From NCBI GenBank assembly GCA_963729625.1, contig CAVSOU010000010.1:1152001-1216000 (forward strand): 64,000 nt of DNA, read 5' to 3'. Under the pieces are notes generated by a model, which made no database searches, was not told the origin of the DNA, and saw only the letters and a program-made list of their open reading frames with translations. Made by a program: the position numbers and the translations under genes. Below, in pieces: positions 30,136 through 40,122 of this stretch (the stretch's first letter is position 1; each line of letters starts with the position of its first letter). Source of the DNA: an uncultured bacterium. GTDB taxonomy: Bacteria; Chloroflexota; UBA5177; JANWHV01.

Positions 30136-31326
30136 ATGCAGGAAGAGCTTACCGGCCGGGAGCGGCTTCTTCGAACATTCAGACACGAAAAGGTCGATCG
30201 CGTCCCGCTTTCGCCGTTTCTGTACTACAACTCGACCTACGAGATGTTCAAGTACAAACCCGCAATCGATAGCTTCTTCGATCCTCCGGATTTCGACCCG
30301 ATTGTAAAGTTCGTCGAGTATTGCGGCTACTTCGGGTTCGACGTTCTGCACTCGCTCGGCAGCGTGTGGGATTTTCATACGGCGTATAACTCCACTAACG
30401 ACCGCAGCTTCGTCCGCAGTGCCGACAACTGGGATGTCACGATTGCTGAGGAGCGGCGAGGAGACGACGAAAAGCGTCGGACGGTGACCATTCGCACTCC
30501 GGCTGGACACCTGCGTCTGGCGGAAGAGTACAAGCGCACGTCGACGTACCTGATCGTGTCGGCCCCGGTGGAGTATCCCGTCAAGACGAGGCAAGACTTC
30601 GAGATTATTCGGCGCTACGCTCCGCCAGGCGACGAGATGGATTGCAGCCTGGTGCGGCGAGCCAGATACGCGGTTGGCGACCGGGGCTTGGTGTCCACAT
30701 GCATGCACGGCGTCTTTAACCAGGTGGCGCAGTTCCGCAAGCTCGAAGACGTGATGGTTGATCCGCTTGAGGACGAGGCTCTCTCCAGGGACATGATGGA
30801 GTTCGCGCTGGATCGGATTATCAAGCGCGCGACGAAGATCATGGCGAACGGAGGCGAAGTGATCGAGTGCGCGGCCAACCTGGCGGGTAGCGGGGTGGGA
30901 CCGCGCTTCTATCGGAAGAATGTGATGCCGTATGAGAACCGGCTCATGAAGGCCCTCCATGACCTGGGCGCCATGGTCATCTTCCACAACTGCGGCGATG
31001 CGTCCAGGATTATGCACCTGTACAACGAGATGGATATGGATGTCTGGGGTTACCTCACGCCTGCACCGTTCGGAGACGTGGAGTTGGATGACGCGGTGCG
31101 CGTGATGCGGCCCGACCTCATACTGCGGGGCAATATCGACCAGGTTGAGTTCATGATGAGGGCGACGCCGCGCGAGGTGAGAGAACGTGTCCGGCAGGTA
31201 CTGGCGACGGTGAAGTCGCGCGGCAACTTCATCCTGTCTACTACCGACTTCTTCTTTGACGGTACCCCGTATGAGAACATAATGGCTTTTGCCAACGCGG
31301 GTCGGGAGTTCGGACAATACGGATGA
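30136..31326 (+). CDS. Uroporphyrinogen decarboxylase-fold protein
   Basis: TGRER..DRVP, HNCG, GNIDQ, TPYENI. Confidence 0.85.
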   Translation: MQEELTGRERLLRTFRHEKVDRVPLSPFLYYNSTYEMFKYKPAIDSFFDPPDFDPIVKFVEYCGYFGFDVLHSLGSVWDFHTAYNSTNDRSFVRSADNWDVTIAEERRGDDEKRRTVTIRTPAGHLRLAEEYKRTSTYLIVSAPVEYPVKTRQDFEIIRRYAPPGDEMDCSLVRRARYAVGDRGLVSTCMHGVFNQVAQFRKLEDVMVDPLEDEALSRDMMEFALDRIIKRATKIMANGGEVIECAANLAGSGVGPRFYRKNVMPYENRLMKALHDLGAMVIFHNCGDASRIMHLYNEMDMDVWGYLTPAPFGDVELDDAVRVMRPDLILRGNIDQVEFMMRATPREVRERVRQVLATVKSRGNFILSTTDFFFDGTPYENIMAFANAGREFGQYG

Positions 31327-31350
31327 GCGAGATCGAGAGAGGAGGCACCC

Positions 31351-32349
31351 GTGTCCATTCGTGAGATTGCCTACGAAGGTCAGATGGCTCTCTCGTACGA
31401 GACCGACAGACTCGCCCTCATAGTCCTGCCACGTATCGGCGGCAAGGTGATATCGCTCGTCGACCGGACGACGAATCGCGAGCTTCTGTGGCGCGAACCG
31501 AACCGTCCGATTCGCCAGCCGGCATACGGCGCATCATATGACCAGTTCGACATCAGCGGCTGGGATGAATGCTTTCCCACCATCGCGCCCTGCTTGTATC
31601 CTAGCGCGCCGTGGTCGAATACTGCTCTTCCCGATCATGGAGAATTGTGGACTGCCGTTTGGTCCGCGGACTCGGACGGCAACGACCTGATCATGCGTGC
31701 CGGCAGCAGGTCGCTGCCCTATACCTTCGAGCGGCGGTTTCAGCCGAGTGCCGGCGGATTGCGGGTACAGTACCGAGTGACAAACACGGCTACTGAGACG
31801 TTGGCGTGTCTGTGGTCCATGCACCCATTCTTCGCCGTGTCTCCCACGACGCGGATCGTGCTGCCCGAGAATGTACGTGTTCGCGTCGAGCTCTCCAAGC
31901 ACGATCGCCTCGGCGCGCGGGGATCCCTACATCCCTGGCCGATCACGCGCGACGGCGCCGGGTGCCCGGTCGATCTGGGAATTATCGGGCCTCCGCGGCA
32001 AGATGCTCTCGAGAAGCTCTACACAGAGTACCTGCCGGCCGGCTGGGCGGCGATGATCGATGAAGCGAACGGCCAGTACGTGGCCTTCACATTCGACAGG
32101 GCGGTGGTGCCATTCGTAGGCATGGCCGTCAACCGAGACGGCTGGCCATTCGATGGAGTTCCATCGTCGAGCCTGATACTCGAGCCGTGCACTGGCTGGC
32201 CTGACCGCCTGGACGAGGCCGTCAGCCGGGGTGCGTACGTGACCATTCCCGCGGGCGAGGTGGTTCGGTGGCATGTCGACATGCATGTCGGAAGCGGCGA
32301 AACTGAATTGTCGCACGTGATCGCGTTGGACGGTACCCAGGCCACCTGA
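31351..32349 (+). CDS. Aldose 1-epimerase/galactose mutarotase-like protein
   Basis: GGKVISL, GWDECFP, PDHGE, WSMHP, LEP. Confidence 0.75.
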   Translation: MSIREIAYEGQMALSYETDRLALIVLPRIGGKVISLVDRTTNRELLWREPNRPIRQPAYGASYDQFDISGWDECFPTIAPCLYPSAPWSNTALPDHGELWTAVWSADSDGNDLIMRAGSRSLPYTFERRFQPSAGGLRVQYRVTNTATETLACLWSMHPFFAVSPTTRIVLPENVRVRVELSKHDRLGARGSLHPWPITRDGAGCPVDLGIIGPPRQDALEKLYTEYLPAGWAAMIDEANGQYVAFTFDRAVVPFVGMAVNRDGWPFDGVPSSSLILEPCTGWPDRLDEAVSRGAYVTIPAGEVVRWHVDMHVGSGETELSHVIALDGTQAT

Positions 32350-32387
32350 ACGGACTTCTTGCGGAGAAGCCAAGAAAGGTCACGACT

Positions 32388-33578
32388 ATGGAAGGACAAT
32401 CAGCGGCGACACCGCTCACTCCAAGCGAGCGCGCGCACTTCCAGCAACTGTTCGAGAGGCGGCTCGAGGCCGTAAAAGCGAAGACGGACGACTTGTTCGC
32501 GTTTCGGGAAACCGAGGTCCCGCCGTTTATTGTGAACGGCGCCTTCTACACGATATTCGGCATCGATACGGATGCACTTCCCGACACGTACTTCGAGGAT
32601 CCAGCGCAAATGACCAATTTCCAGGAGCGCATGTACTACGAGCAGGTAGAGGCCATCGACGATGCCTTTGTCCCTTACCTGATGCCATGGTTCGGCACCG
32701 CCGTTGTCCCCTCGGCCTTCGGCTGCAAGATTGAGTTCTACCCGAAGCTGGACCCGGCAGCCGATCCGCACTTCTATCCCGTTGTGACTGTCGAGGACGT
32801 CAAGAAGTTGCAGATTCCCGATCCGAATCGGGACGGCCTGATGCCCAGGGTATTGGCGTTCCAGCGTTACATGCGCGAGACCAGCTTCTTGCCTGTGGGG
32901 GTCACTGATCTGCAGGGTCCGTTGACGACGGCAAACCAGCTCATGGGCTACGACAAGCTCATTTACTTGATGACCGACGAGCCTCAGGCGGCGCACGAGC
33001 TGATGGACAAAGTAACCGAAACGCTTATCCAGTGGATCAAGGCACAGAAGAAGGTGATTGGAGAATCGCTCACCGAATGCGTCGGCGTCCAGCAGTTCTA
33101 CACGGGAAGACACGCCGGGATCTGGATCTCCGACGATGACGCAGTGATCATGTCGCCCAAGTACTATCGCGAGTTCGTGGTGCCGTACAACTCCAGACTG
33201 CTGCAAGCGTTCGGCGGTGGCTGCGTGCACTTCTGCGGGGGCGGCGCGCATCAGATAGACAACCTGCTCGCAACCGACGGCCTCGTGGCAGTACACAATT
33301 TCGTGCTGCATAACAGCCGAGCTTTCCACGCACTGCGATCGCGCCTCGAAGGGCGTATCGTCATGTTCGCCTGTGAAATGACGCCGCTCGACTACGAGAC
33401 ATACTACAGCGAGCTGCTCGAGGGTGTGTCGCTGCCTGGCCTCGAGCTCAGCTCGTGGTATTCGCCGAACGTCGCGCTCCTGCCCGGCGGGAAATACCAG
33501 GCTGTAAACCGCGATATGCGATCCGGCCGCCAACGCGTATACGAGTATCTCAAGCGGCGCTTTCAGGCCCGTCCCTAG
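32388..33578 (+). CDS. Divergent uroporphyrinogen decarboxylase-fold protein
   Basis: DLQGPLT, ISDD, MSPKYYREFVVPY, HFCG. Confidence 0.75.
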   Translation: MEGQSAATPLTPSERAHFQQLFERRLEAVKAKTDDLFAFRETEVPPFIVNGAFYTIFGIDTDALPDTYFEDPAQMTNFQERMYYEQVEAIDDAFVPYLMPWFGTAVVPSAFGCKIEFYPKLDPAADPHFYPVVTVEDVKKLQIPDPNRDGLMPRVLAFQRYMRETSFLPVGVTDLQGPLTTANQLMGYDKLIYLMTDEPQAAHELMDKVTETLIQWIKAQKKVIGESLTECVGVQQFYTGRHAGIWISDDDAVIMSPKYYREFVVPYNSRLLQAFGGGCVHFCGGGAHQIDNLLATDGLVAVHNFVLHNSRAFHALRSRLEGRIVMFACEMTPLDYETYYSELLEGVSLPGLELSSWYSPNVALLPGGKYQAVNRDMRSGRQRVYEYLKRRFQARP

Positions 33579-33629
33579 CGGCAGAGGCCAGCCGAGGGGG
33601 CAGATCACCCACAAGGCCGAAGAGCTTCA

Positions 33630-33642
33630 GATATCTGATATA
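33630..33642. promoter_or_regulatory. Operator-like ATATC-W-KATAT site (copy 2) upstream of the GntR gene
   Basis: GATATCTGATATA, with a perfect ATATC-T-GATAT palindrome at its core. Confidence 0.55.
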
Positions 33643-33917
33643 CTAGATATGACTGGAGCCCTGGATTGCTCGCGCGTCCTGAAAGGAGAGGATTCGCCGC
33701 TCGCGGTAGGTGCGCCACGAGTGTCGGGCGCACGCTGACGCGGGCCGCAGTGGCCCGATGGGCACACCCGTCAGATCGATAGTGATGGTGCCCTCGTGGA
33801 GATGCCGGCGTTGCACACGCCATGGCAGGCGTCCCCGGCCCGGGATGGCTCATTGGCGCGTGTCATCCCTGGTGGACAAGCGCAGGCCAGAAAGGAACCC
33901 GCGGGCTGAATCGGCAG

Positions 33918-34718
33918 ATGGTTAACGTTGTCGCCGACGATCAAGTCAGGAAGCCTGCCCCGCGCGAAGGCTATGCGGCGGGCACGCTGGCCCGTGACGC
34001 AAACTTCAAGTTCAGGGTCTATCGCACGATTCGCAAGGCCATTGTAGATGGTGCGCTCCCGCCAGGGGCGCGCTTGGTCGAAGCGAGCCTCGCGGCGCAG
34101 TTTGGTATCAGCAAGACGCCGATACGTGAGGCCCTGCTGATGTTGCAGGCCGAGAATCTGGTTACCATACGCCCTCACAAAGGTTACTGGGTAAGGCACC
34201 TGTCGCTGTCGGAGTTCAGCGAAGCGCTCTTTCTGCTCGACGCGCTGGAGTTTGCCGCCTTACAACCAGCGCTGGCAGGCGTGACGCCCGCGCGTCTCGA
34301 GCGCGCGCGCGCGCTCGCGGCAACCATGGCCACGGCCGTATCCGAACGAGACATCGACGCGTACCGCCTGGCGCAGCGCACCTTGCATCGGGTGGTGCAC
34401 ATCCCTCCAGGCCACCCGCTCCTGGCGAGCTCCATTGAGCGGCTCATGGACATCACGGATCGGTATCATCGTCTCACCATCGCCGCGCGCCCTGAGCAGC
34501 TTTCGCGGGATATCGAACGATCAGCGGCCCGCGTCGCCGCGTTGGAGACTGGCGACGCTGCTCGCATGATAGCCTTCATTCGCGATAGCCACCGGCAAGT
34601 ACTGAATACCCTTCGCGAGGCCGTGGCCGCGGACCAGGGCGGCATCGCTGCGCTGTTCGTACCAGACGAGGACACGGCGGCGGGGGATGAAACGGCGCTG
34701 CTTGACGTTCTGGCGTAA
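33918..34718 (+). CDS. GntR family regulator (FCD type)
   Basis: LPPGARLVEASLAAQFGISKTPIREAL HTH plus an FCD-like C-terminus. Confidence 0.9.
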   Translation: MVNVVADDQVRKPAPREGYAAGTLARDANFKFRVYRTIRKAIVDGALPPGARLVEASLAAQFGISKTPIREALLMLQAENLVTIRPHKGYWVRHLSLSEFSEALFLLDALEFAALQPALAGVTPARLERARALAATMATAVSERDIDAYRLAQRTLHRVVHIPPGHPLLASSIERLMDITDRYHRLTIAARPEQLSRDIERSAARVAALETGDAARMIAFIRDSHRQVLNTLREAVAADQGGIAALFVPDEDTAAGDETALLDVLA

Positions 34719-34825
34719 CATGCTGCGCCGAGGGCGCCAGTTCGACCAGGGTGCACCTGCCAGCCTGGGATCCCTCTATGCCGCACGATCCCGGCTACTT
34801 CGCTCATCCGCGGACGCGCCTAGCG

Positions 34826-35701
34826 TCACAGCGGCGCGGTCTGGCCAAGGCGTGCACGTTGACGCAGCGTGTCCGCTACCTTCTGATCGACCGACAGCGC
34901 GCTCGCATGCCGGGCCCCAGGAGGAAACTGGAACTCTTCGGTCACAATCTCCCAGGAGAAACCGTCCGCGCTGACGGAAGCGCCGAGGCCGCCTCGAATG
35001 AAGCAGTCGTACAGCAACGTCCAGCGGCCACCATGCCAGAAGAGTGATGGCCGCTCCACGGGAGAGAGTGTCTCCACGCTGACCGGATCACCAAATGTCG
35101 CGCCCAGTCCATTCAAGCGCACCGGGCAGACCCAAAAGGCCGATCCCGGAGTCTCGTCCTCAGGCTGGCCGCGCTCGGCCTTATAAGCCATCAGGCATTC
35201 GCCATCGCGACTCCAGACCGACGAATCGCTTACGGCATAGCCTGGGTCGAAGAACATCTTCGACGGTGAATAGTAACGGAAGTCGCGCGTGGCGCTGGCC
35301 CAGATGCGGTGTTCCCATTGCGCCCCGTGTCCGGGGGGACGGACCGCGGAAGTCCAAACGATACGGTAGAGCTCGGCAAGCGGGTCGAAGATACAGGTCG
35401 GCGCGCACGCGGTTGCGGCGCCCGGCACGCCGGCCATGACCGGCAGCAACTCTTGCGGAGTCCAGCACTGCAAGTCGCGCGACGTGCTGTGCACGATGCT
35501 CGTGCTCCGCCAGCCGTCCGAATAGAACAGGTGGAACGTGCCGTCATTCGCCTGAATCACAAAGGGATCGCGCATGGTTCGGGCTCCGGCTACTGGCCGG
35601 AGCGGAGCCTCGTCGAACAGCGCATTCCACACCAGGCCATCTGCACTTATCGCCAGGTGCAGCGCCTCGTTCGTCGTTTGAGAATACGTTAGCACTAGCA
35701 C
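34826..35701 (-). CDS. Glycoside hydrolase family 43-like five-bladed beta-propeller
   Basis: LHLAISADG..W, RDPF, STSRDL..W, TRDF, FFDPG. Confidence 0.7.
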   Translation of the reverse strand: MLVLTYSQTTNEALHLAISADGLVWNALFDEAPLRPVAGARTMRDPFVIQANDGTFHLFYSDGWRSTSIVHSTSRDLQCWTPQELLPVMAGVPGAATACAPTCIFDPLAELYRIVWTSAVRPPGHGAQWEHRIWASATRDFRYYSPSKMFFDPGYAVSDSSVWSRDGECLMAYKAERGQPEDETPGSAFWVCPVRLNGLGATFGDPVSVETLSPVERPSLFWHGGRWTLLYDCFIRGGLGASVSADGFSWEIVTEEFQFPPGARHASALSVDQKVADTLRQRARLGQTAPL

Positions 35702-35764
35702 TGCGGGCGCCCCCTTGCCACGACCACTCAGACGACATAGTATTCGCGGCTAGGAGCGATGCCT

Positions 35765-35800
35765 ATGCGGAAAAGTTCGAATTTCATGCTGACTGGTGCG
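35765..35800 (-). promoter_or_regulatory. Activator site (copy 4) with a second half-site 21 bp away
   Basis: CGAACTTTTCCGCAT, followed after 22 nt by TACTAT. Degenerate repeat at 35786-35800. Confidence 0.6.
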
Positions 35801-35867
35801 CAATCCTTGCCTGCCGCCAGCCGAGGCCGCAGGCTTGTTTTGCACCTGAGCGTATGTGCTGGGCGGG

Positions 35868-36710
35868 TCAGCTGCCGCGTGTCAATGGAATCGGCTGGCC
35901 GATTTCGGGAATGACCACCCGCCCGCGTCCGCCTAGCCGACCATACGTCTCGGCGAAGACTGTCGGATCCAGGGTGGCCTCATCCCCGGCGGTGTTGGTG
36001 GCCCAGAGATAGTGATGTATGGGTATCACCAACTTGCTGCCCAGTTGCCACGCCAGCAGCGCGGCCTCGTGAGCGTTCATGTTCCCGCCAACGCCGTTGA
36101 TGCAGACCATACACACGTCGAGCTGCCGGGCGCGCAGGAGGCGCAGGCGAATATCGTACTCCGTGTCGCCGCAGTGGTAGATCGTGAGATCACCGACGGT
36201 AAGAATAATCCCCATCGCGTCCGGGACTTCCCAACCGGGGGTGTCGACCACGTGGCGCGCCGGCGCATGCGAGATCGTGACATCATCGAATTGCACGGTC
36301 TGACCATCGGCCAACGCCGACGCCCGGTCGCGTGGCACACCCCAGCCAAGCGCGCGCGACAGCGCGGTAGGTGGCATGACAAATCGTGTCGCGGGGCTGT
36401 GTCGCGCAATCAGCGGAATTGTGCCAGGGTCAAGGTGATCCTCATGCCAGTGCGACGACACCACCACCGTCGGGCGCGCATCGGCTGGGGAGATCGGAGG
36501 TGGGAAGGCCCGAGCCTGACCGAAGATGTCGTTCACGCTATCGGACAGATAGGGGTCGAGATAGACCTGTGTTCCGGCGGCAGTCTTCAATACGAAACCC
36601 GATCCTCCCAGCCACCAGGCTGTCACCTGGCCTTGCGGCACGCTCGTTGCCGCGATGCGGTTCACCAAGCTGGTCTCGTTCACTGAGCCGTCCACCACTA
36701 CCCCTCCCAT
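35868..36710 (-). CDS. MBL-fold metallohydrolase (UlaG-like lactonase)
   Basis: DPYLS, SHWHEDHLD, GDT, PIHH. Confidence 0.87.
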   Translation of the reverse strand: MGGVVVDGSVNETSLVNRIAATSVPQGQVTAWWLGGSGFVLKTAAGTQVYLDPYLSDSVNDIFGQARAFPPPISPADARPTVVVSSHWHEDHLDPGTIPLIARHSPATRFVMPPTALSRALGWGVPRDRASALADGQTVQFDDVTISHAPARHVVDTPGWEVPDAMGIILTVGDLTIYHCGDTEYDIRLRLLRARQLDVCMVCINGVGGNMNAHEAALLAWQLGSKLVIPIHHYLWATNTAGDEATLDPTVFAETYGRLGGRGRVVIPEIGQPIPLTRGS

Positions 36711-36793
36711 CTATTGCCTCGCTCAGGCAGCCGCCGCGTCCGCCCAGGCGATGGCGTAAAGGCGCGCCCGTGGCTCGCGTCACCTCCGCTGCC

Positions 36794-36835
36794 TTGACGC
36801 GCTGTCAGAATATCATATATTATCCATCATATCCA
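36794..36835 (+). promoter_or_regulatory. Sigma70 promoter with overlapping operator (copy 3)
   Basis: TTGACG-18-TATTAT containing AATATCATATATT. Near-duplicate of 40123-40164. Confidence 0.6.
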
Positions 36836-37027
36836 AGAGGCGCCGCCCGACGACGGCAGCGGTGCAGGCTGCTGCATGTGTTGGGGCTCGAGCGATAGCA
36901 GTGCGTTCGTTGTTCGACGAGGGGCCATGCACAGAGGTGGGCGCGGGCGTTGAAGCGGCAGAGGACGCTCTTCATGAGGTACATCTGCTGAAGCTTGAAT
37001 TCTGAAGCTGAAAGCGGGAGACGAAAC

Positions 37028-37861
37028 ATGATCGCCGACTGGTTCGACCTCTCCGGGCACGTGGCAATGGTAACCGGGGCAGGCGCAAACGGAGGAAACG
37101 GCCACGCGATCGCCGTGGCCTTCGCGCGCTCGGGCGCCGACGTGTTCGTAAGCGACATCGACGAGCACGGCATGGACCAAACTAGGCGCGAGATAGAAGA
37201 CCTGGGCCGTGTCTGCAGCGGCTGTCGTTGTGACAACGGCGATCCGACACAGATCGCGGCAATGTTCGAGCAGTTTGATCGCGCGTTCGATTGCATCGAC
37301 ATTCTGGTCAACAATGTGGGAATCGGCTGCCGATCGCATCCCGAGGATCTCACGCTGGAGCGATGGCGTAGGGTGATGGCCGTTAACCTGGAAGGGACAT
37401 TCCTGTGCGCGCGTGAAGCGGGTACGCGCATGATCCGGCGTGGTCGCGGCGGCAACATCATCAACATCGGGTCGATTGCCGGCGTGACGGCTCTCGGCCG
37501 GGGTAACTTCGTGTATAGCGTCACCAAAGGCGGCATAAACCAGCTTACTCGCGAGCTCGCGGTGGAGTGGTCGCCGCACCAAATCAGAGTAAACGCGATC
37601 CTGCCTGCACAGATTCTGACCCCGTTGCTCCAGCAAATGTTCGATGATCCGCGCCTGAACACGCAGCGGCTGCGCGAACGCCTGCTGGCAGGCATTCCCC
37701 TGGGTCGGCTGGGCGAGCCCGACGACGTCGCCAAGGCGGCGGTCTTTCTGGCTTCCGATGCCGCCTCGTTTATTACCGGTCACCTGCTGCCTGTAGACGG
37801 AGGCAATCTCGCTCTGAACGGCGGCGGCAGCCGCGTGTGGCCCAGCGACGACGAAAGCTAG
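37028..37861 (+). CDS. SDR oxidoreductase
   Basis: TGAGANGGNG, NNVG, YSVTK, IRVNAI. Confidence 0.9.
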   Translation: MIADWFDLSGHVAMVTGAGANGGNGHAIAVAFARSGADVFVSDIDEHGMDQTRREIEDLGRVCSGCRCDNGDPTQIAAMFEQFDRAFDCIDILVNNVGIGCRSHPEDLTLERWRRVMAVNLEGTFLCAREAGTRMIRRGRGGNIINIGSIAGVTALGRGNFVYSVTKGGINQLTRELAVEWSPHQIRVNAILPAQILTPLLQQMFDDPRLNTQRLRERLLAGIPLGRLGEPDDVAKAAVFLASDAASFITGHLLPVDGGNLALNGGGSRVWPSDDES

Positions 37862-37946
37862 GACGAAATCAGCCTCCGGCCGCAGCCGGCAGGCCCACGC
37901 CGCAGTGGGGATCCCGTTCCATCCGGACGCACACGGAGGCCATTTT

Positions 37947-39116
37947 TCAGACTGAAGATGGCCGCGCGGCATCGCGCGGTATCTCCAACAGCGAGTCCGC
38001 GGAATAGAGACCTAGCCCACGCGGAATACCAGGGTGCGCGCGGGCAACCTCTTCGTTGAGGTCGATGCCCAATCCAGGTCCATCCGGGACGCGCACCTTG
38101 CCGCCCACGACGCGGATTGGCGGCGACGCCAGATCATCCCGCCAGGGCGCGTCACCAGGGTCAAACATCTCCTGAATCTGCACGTTCGGCAGCGTGGATA
38201 CGACCTGCAGGGTTGCAGCCGAGGAGATCGGGCCGGCCGCGTTGTGAGCGGCCACGCCGACAGAATACGCTTCAGCCATCACGGCAATCCGCTGCAGCTC
38301 TGCAATCCCGCCCACATGGATGACGTCGGGCTGGATCAACGGCACCAGCCGGGCCTCGAGCAGGTCCCGATAGTGCCAGCGCGAGTACAAGCGTTCGCCA
38401 AGCACGATTGGAATCCGGCACTGCCGTACCAGCTGCACGATGGCCGCGGGATCGTGAGGATGCACAGGCTCCTCGACGAAGAATGGATCGTAGGGTTCGA
38501 GGCGCTGAAGAAGGCGTAGAGCGCTGAGCAGGCCGAAACGTCCGTGTGCATCGAGACCAATGCGCATGCCGGCTCCGACCGCGGCGCGCACGGCGGCCAC
38601 GGTGGCGACGCCGCGCTCGATCTCGTCGCCGCTCTGCGCGAACGACGCGCGCCCGAAAGGATCAAACTTGAGTGCCCGGTAACCCAACGCGAGTGGCTGG
38701 CTCGCGGCCGAGGCGAACTCGGCAGGCGTGGTGGCCCCGAAGTACCAGGCGTTGGAGTAGGCCTCGACCTCGTCGTGCAGCTTGCCGCCGAGCAACGCGT
38801 GCACGGGCACACCGAGCGATTTGCCCAGGATATCCCAGAACGCCATCTCCAGCCCGCCCATGGCGCTACGCAGAACGGGCCCGTCCATCCAGAACGAATC
38901 GCGGGTCATCGTGCGACGATGCTCCTCGATGCGCCGCGGATCGCGTCCAAGGAGCTCGCGCCTGTAATCTGCTACCGCGCCCTGCACGGCAGACTCTTTG
39001 CCTTCCAGGCTGCATTCACCCCATCCTACGATGTCCACGTCCGTAGAGACTTTGACAAAAACGAAGTTGCGATAGAGTCCGTCCACGAACAGCGTCTGGA
39101 TATCTTCGATCTGCAC
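37947..39116 (-). CDS. Mandelate racemase/galactonate dehydratase (DgoD-like) family
   Basis: GWGEC, ALKFDPF, DAHGR, EEP, GER, QPD..HVGG, HN. GTG start. Confidence 0.88.
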   Translation of the reverse strand: MQIEDIQTLFVDGLYRNFVFVKVSTDVDIVGWGECSLEGKESAVQGAVADYRRELLGRDPRRIEEHRRTMTRDSFWMDGPVLRSAMGGLEMAFWDILGKSLGVPVHALLGGKLHDEVEAYSNAWYFGATTPAEFASAASQPLALGYRALKFDPFGRASFAQSGDEIERGVATVAAVRAAVGAGMRIGLDAHGRFGLLSALRLLQRLEPYDPFFVEEPVHPHDPAAIVQLVRQCRIPIVLGERLYSRWHYRDLLEARLVPLIQPDVIHVGGIAELQRIAVMAEAYSVGVAAHNAAGPISSAATLQVVSTLPNVQIQEMFDPGDAPWRDDLASPPIRVVGGKVRVPDGPGLGIDLNEEVARAHPGIPRGLGLYSADSLLEIPRDAARPSSV

Positions 39117-39379
39117 GAGCCGGTCCCTTCTGTCGCTGAGTACATCTGGTCGCGGTGTCGGGGATGCGGAGGCGCTCAGCCTTACCCGACCCGCGATCAC
39201 TGCAAGATACGAAATACGAGCTGCCGCCGGCGGCAGCTCCCCTCGGCCTCTCGATACGCCGCATCAGCCAGGTCGGCCCGGGCCGAACACCCGCCCGGGT
39301 CAAGTGAACGATAGCTCGATGAACGATCCACGACTCATCGATCCGGCCCGACGTCAGGAGACAGACTGCCATGTCCCGA

Positions 39380-40117
39380 CTATAACGTGTTGCCGATCCG
39401 CTGCAGGGCTGCCGGCATGACCACCAGCTCCGGCACCAGCACGCGTGGCGGCAGTTGCGCCAGGAAGGTGATGATGCTGGCAAGGTCGTCAGGCACCAAT
39501 GCCTTGGCCAGCACGTCAGCAGCCGGCGGCTCAGGCCGCGCGTTCAGCAATGGAGTATCAATGAGACCGGGGCAAACCGCAGTGACACGCACGCCGTATC
39601 TCTGCTCCTCCAGGCCAATCGCATGGGCCATCCCCAGTACCGCGCGCTTGCTGGCTTGATAGGCTGGTCCGGAGGCATCAGGCCAGCGCGCCGACACCGA
39701 GGCGATGATCACCACGAGGCCGGCGCGCGCCCGCAGCATCTGGAGGCACGCCTGTGTCACATTGAAGGCGCCCGTGGCATTCGTATCGAGGATGCGCTGC
39801 CAGTCCTGGCTCGAAAGTTCTTCGAATCTGCGACGCTTCACATTGATGCCGGCGGCGCATACCAACAGATCCAATCCGCCGTAGTCGTCGTGCAATTGCG
39901 CCGCGAGCGTATCCACCTCCGGCCGGCTCGTGACATTTAGCGGCAAAACGCGCACGTTCGGCGCTTCCGCCGCGAATTCCTGCAGCGTGGGATTGTCGAG
40001 AGCGGCGCCGACGATCGTGAATCCTGCCGCGGCCAGGTGCAGGCAGGTAGCCCGGCCAACTCCGCTACTCGCGCCCGTCACCAACGCCACGCGACCTTTT
40101 GCACCGGGATTGACCAT
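39380..40117 (-). CDS. SDR oxidoreductase
   Basis: TGASSGVG, AAG, YQASK. Confidence 0.9.
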   Translation of the reverse strand: MVNPGAKGRVALVTGASSGVGRATCLHLAAAGFTIVGAALDNPTLQEFAAEAPNVRVLPLNVTSRPEVDTLAAQLHDDYGGLDLLVCAAGINVKRRRFEELSSQDWQRILDTNATGAFNVTQACLQMLRARAGLVVIIASVSARWPDASGPAYQASKRAVLGMAHAIGLEEQRYGVRVTAVCPGLIDTPLLNARPEPPAADVLAKALVPDDLASIITFLAQLPPRVLVPELVVMPAALQRIGNTL

Positions 40118-40122
40118 ACTGC

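Noticed and set aside
8787-33578. Calling the URO-D-fold genes hemE
   Set aside because: They lack the RQAGR N-terminal HemE motif, carry HxCG, and have no heme-pathway context.
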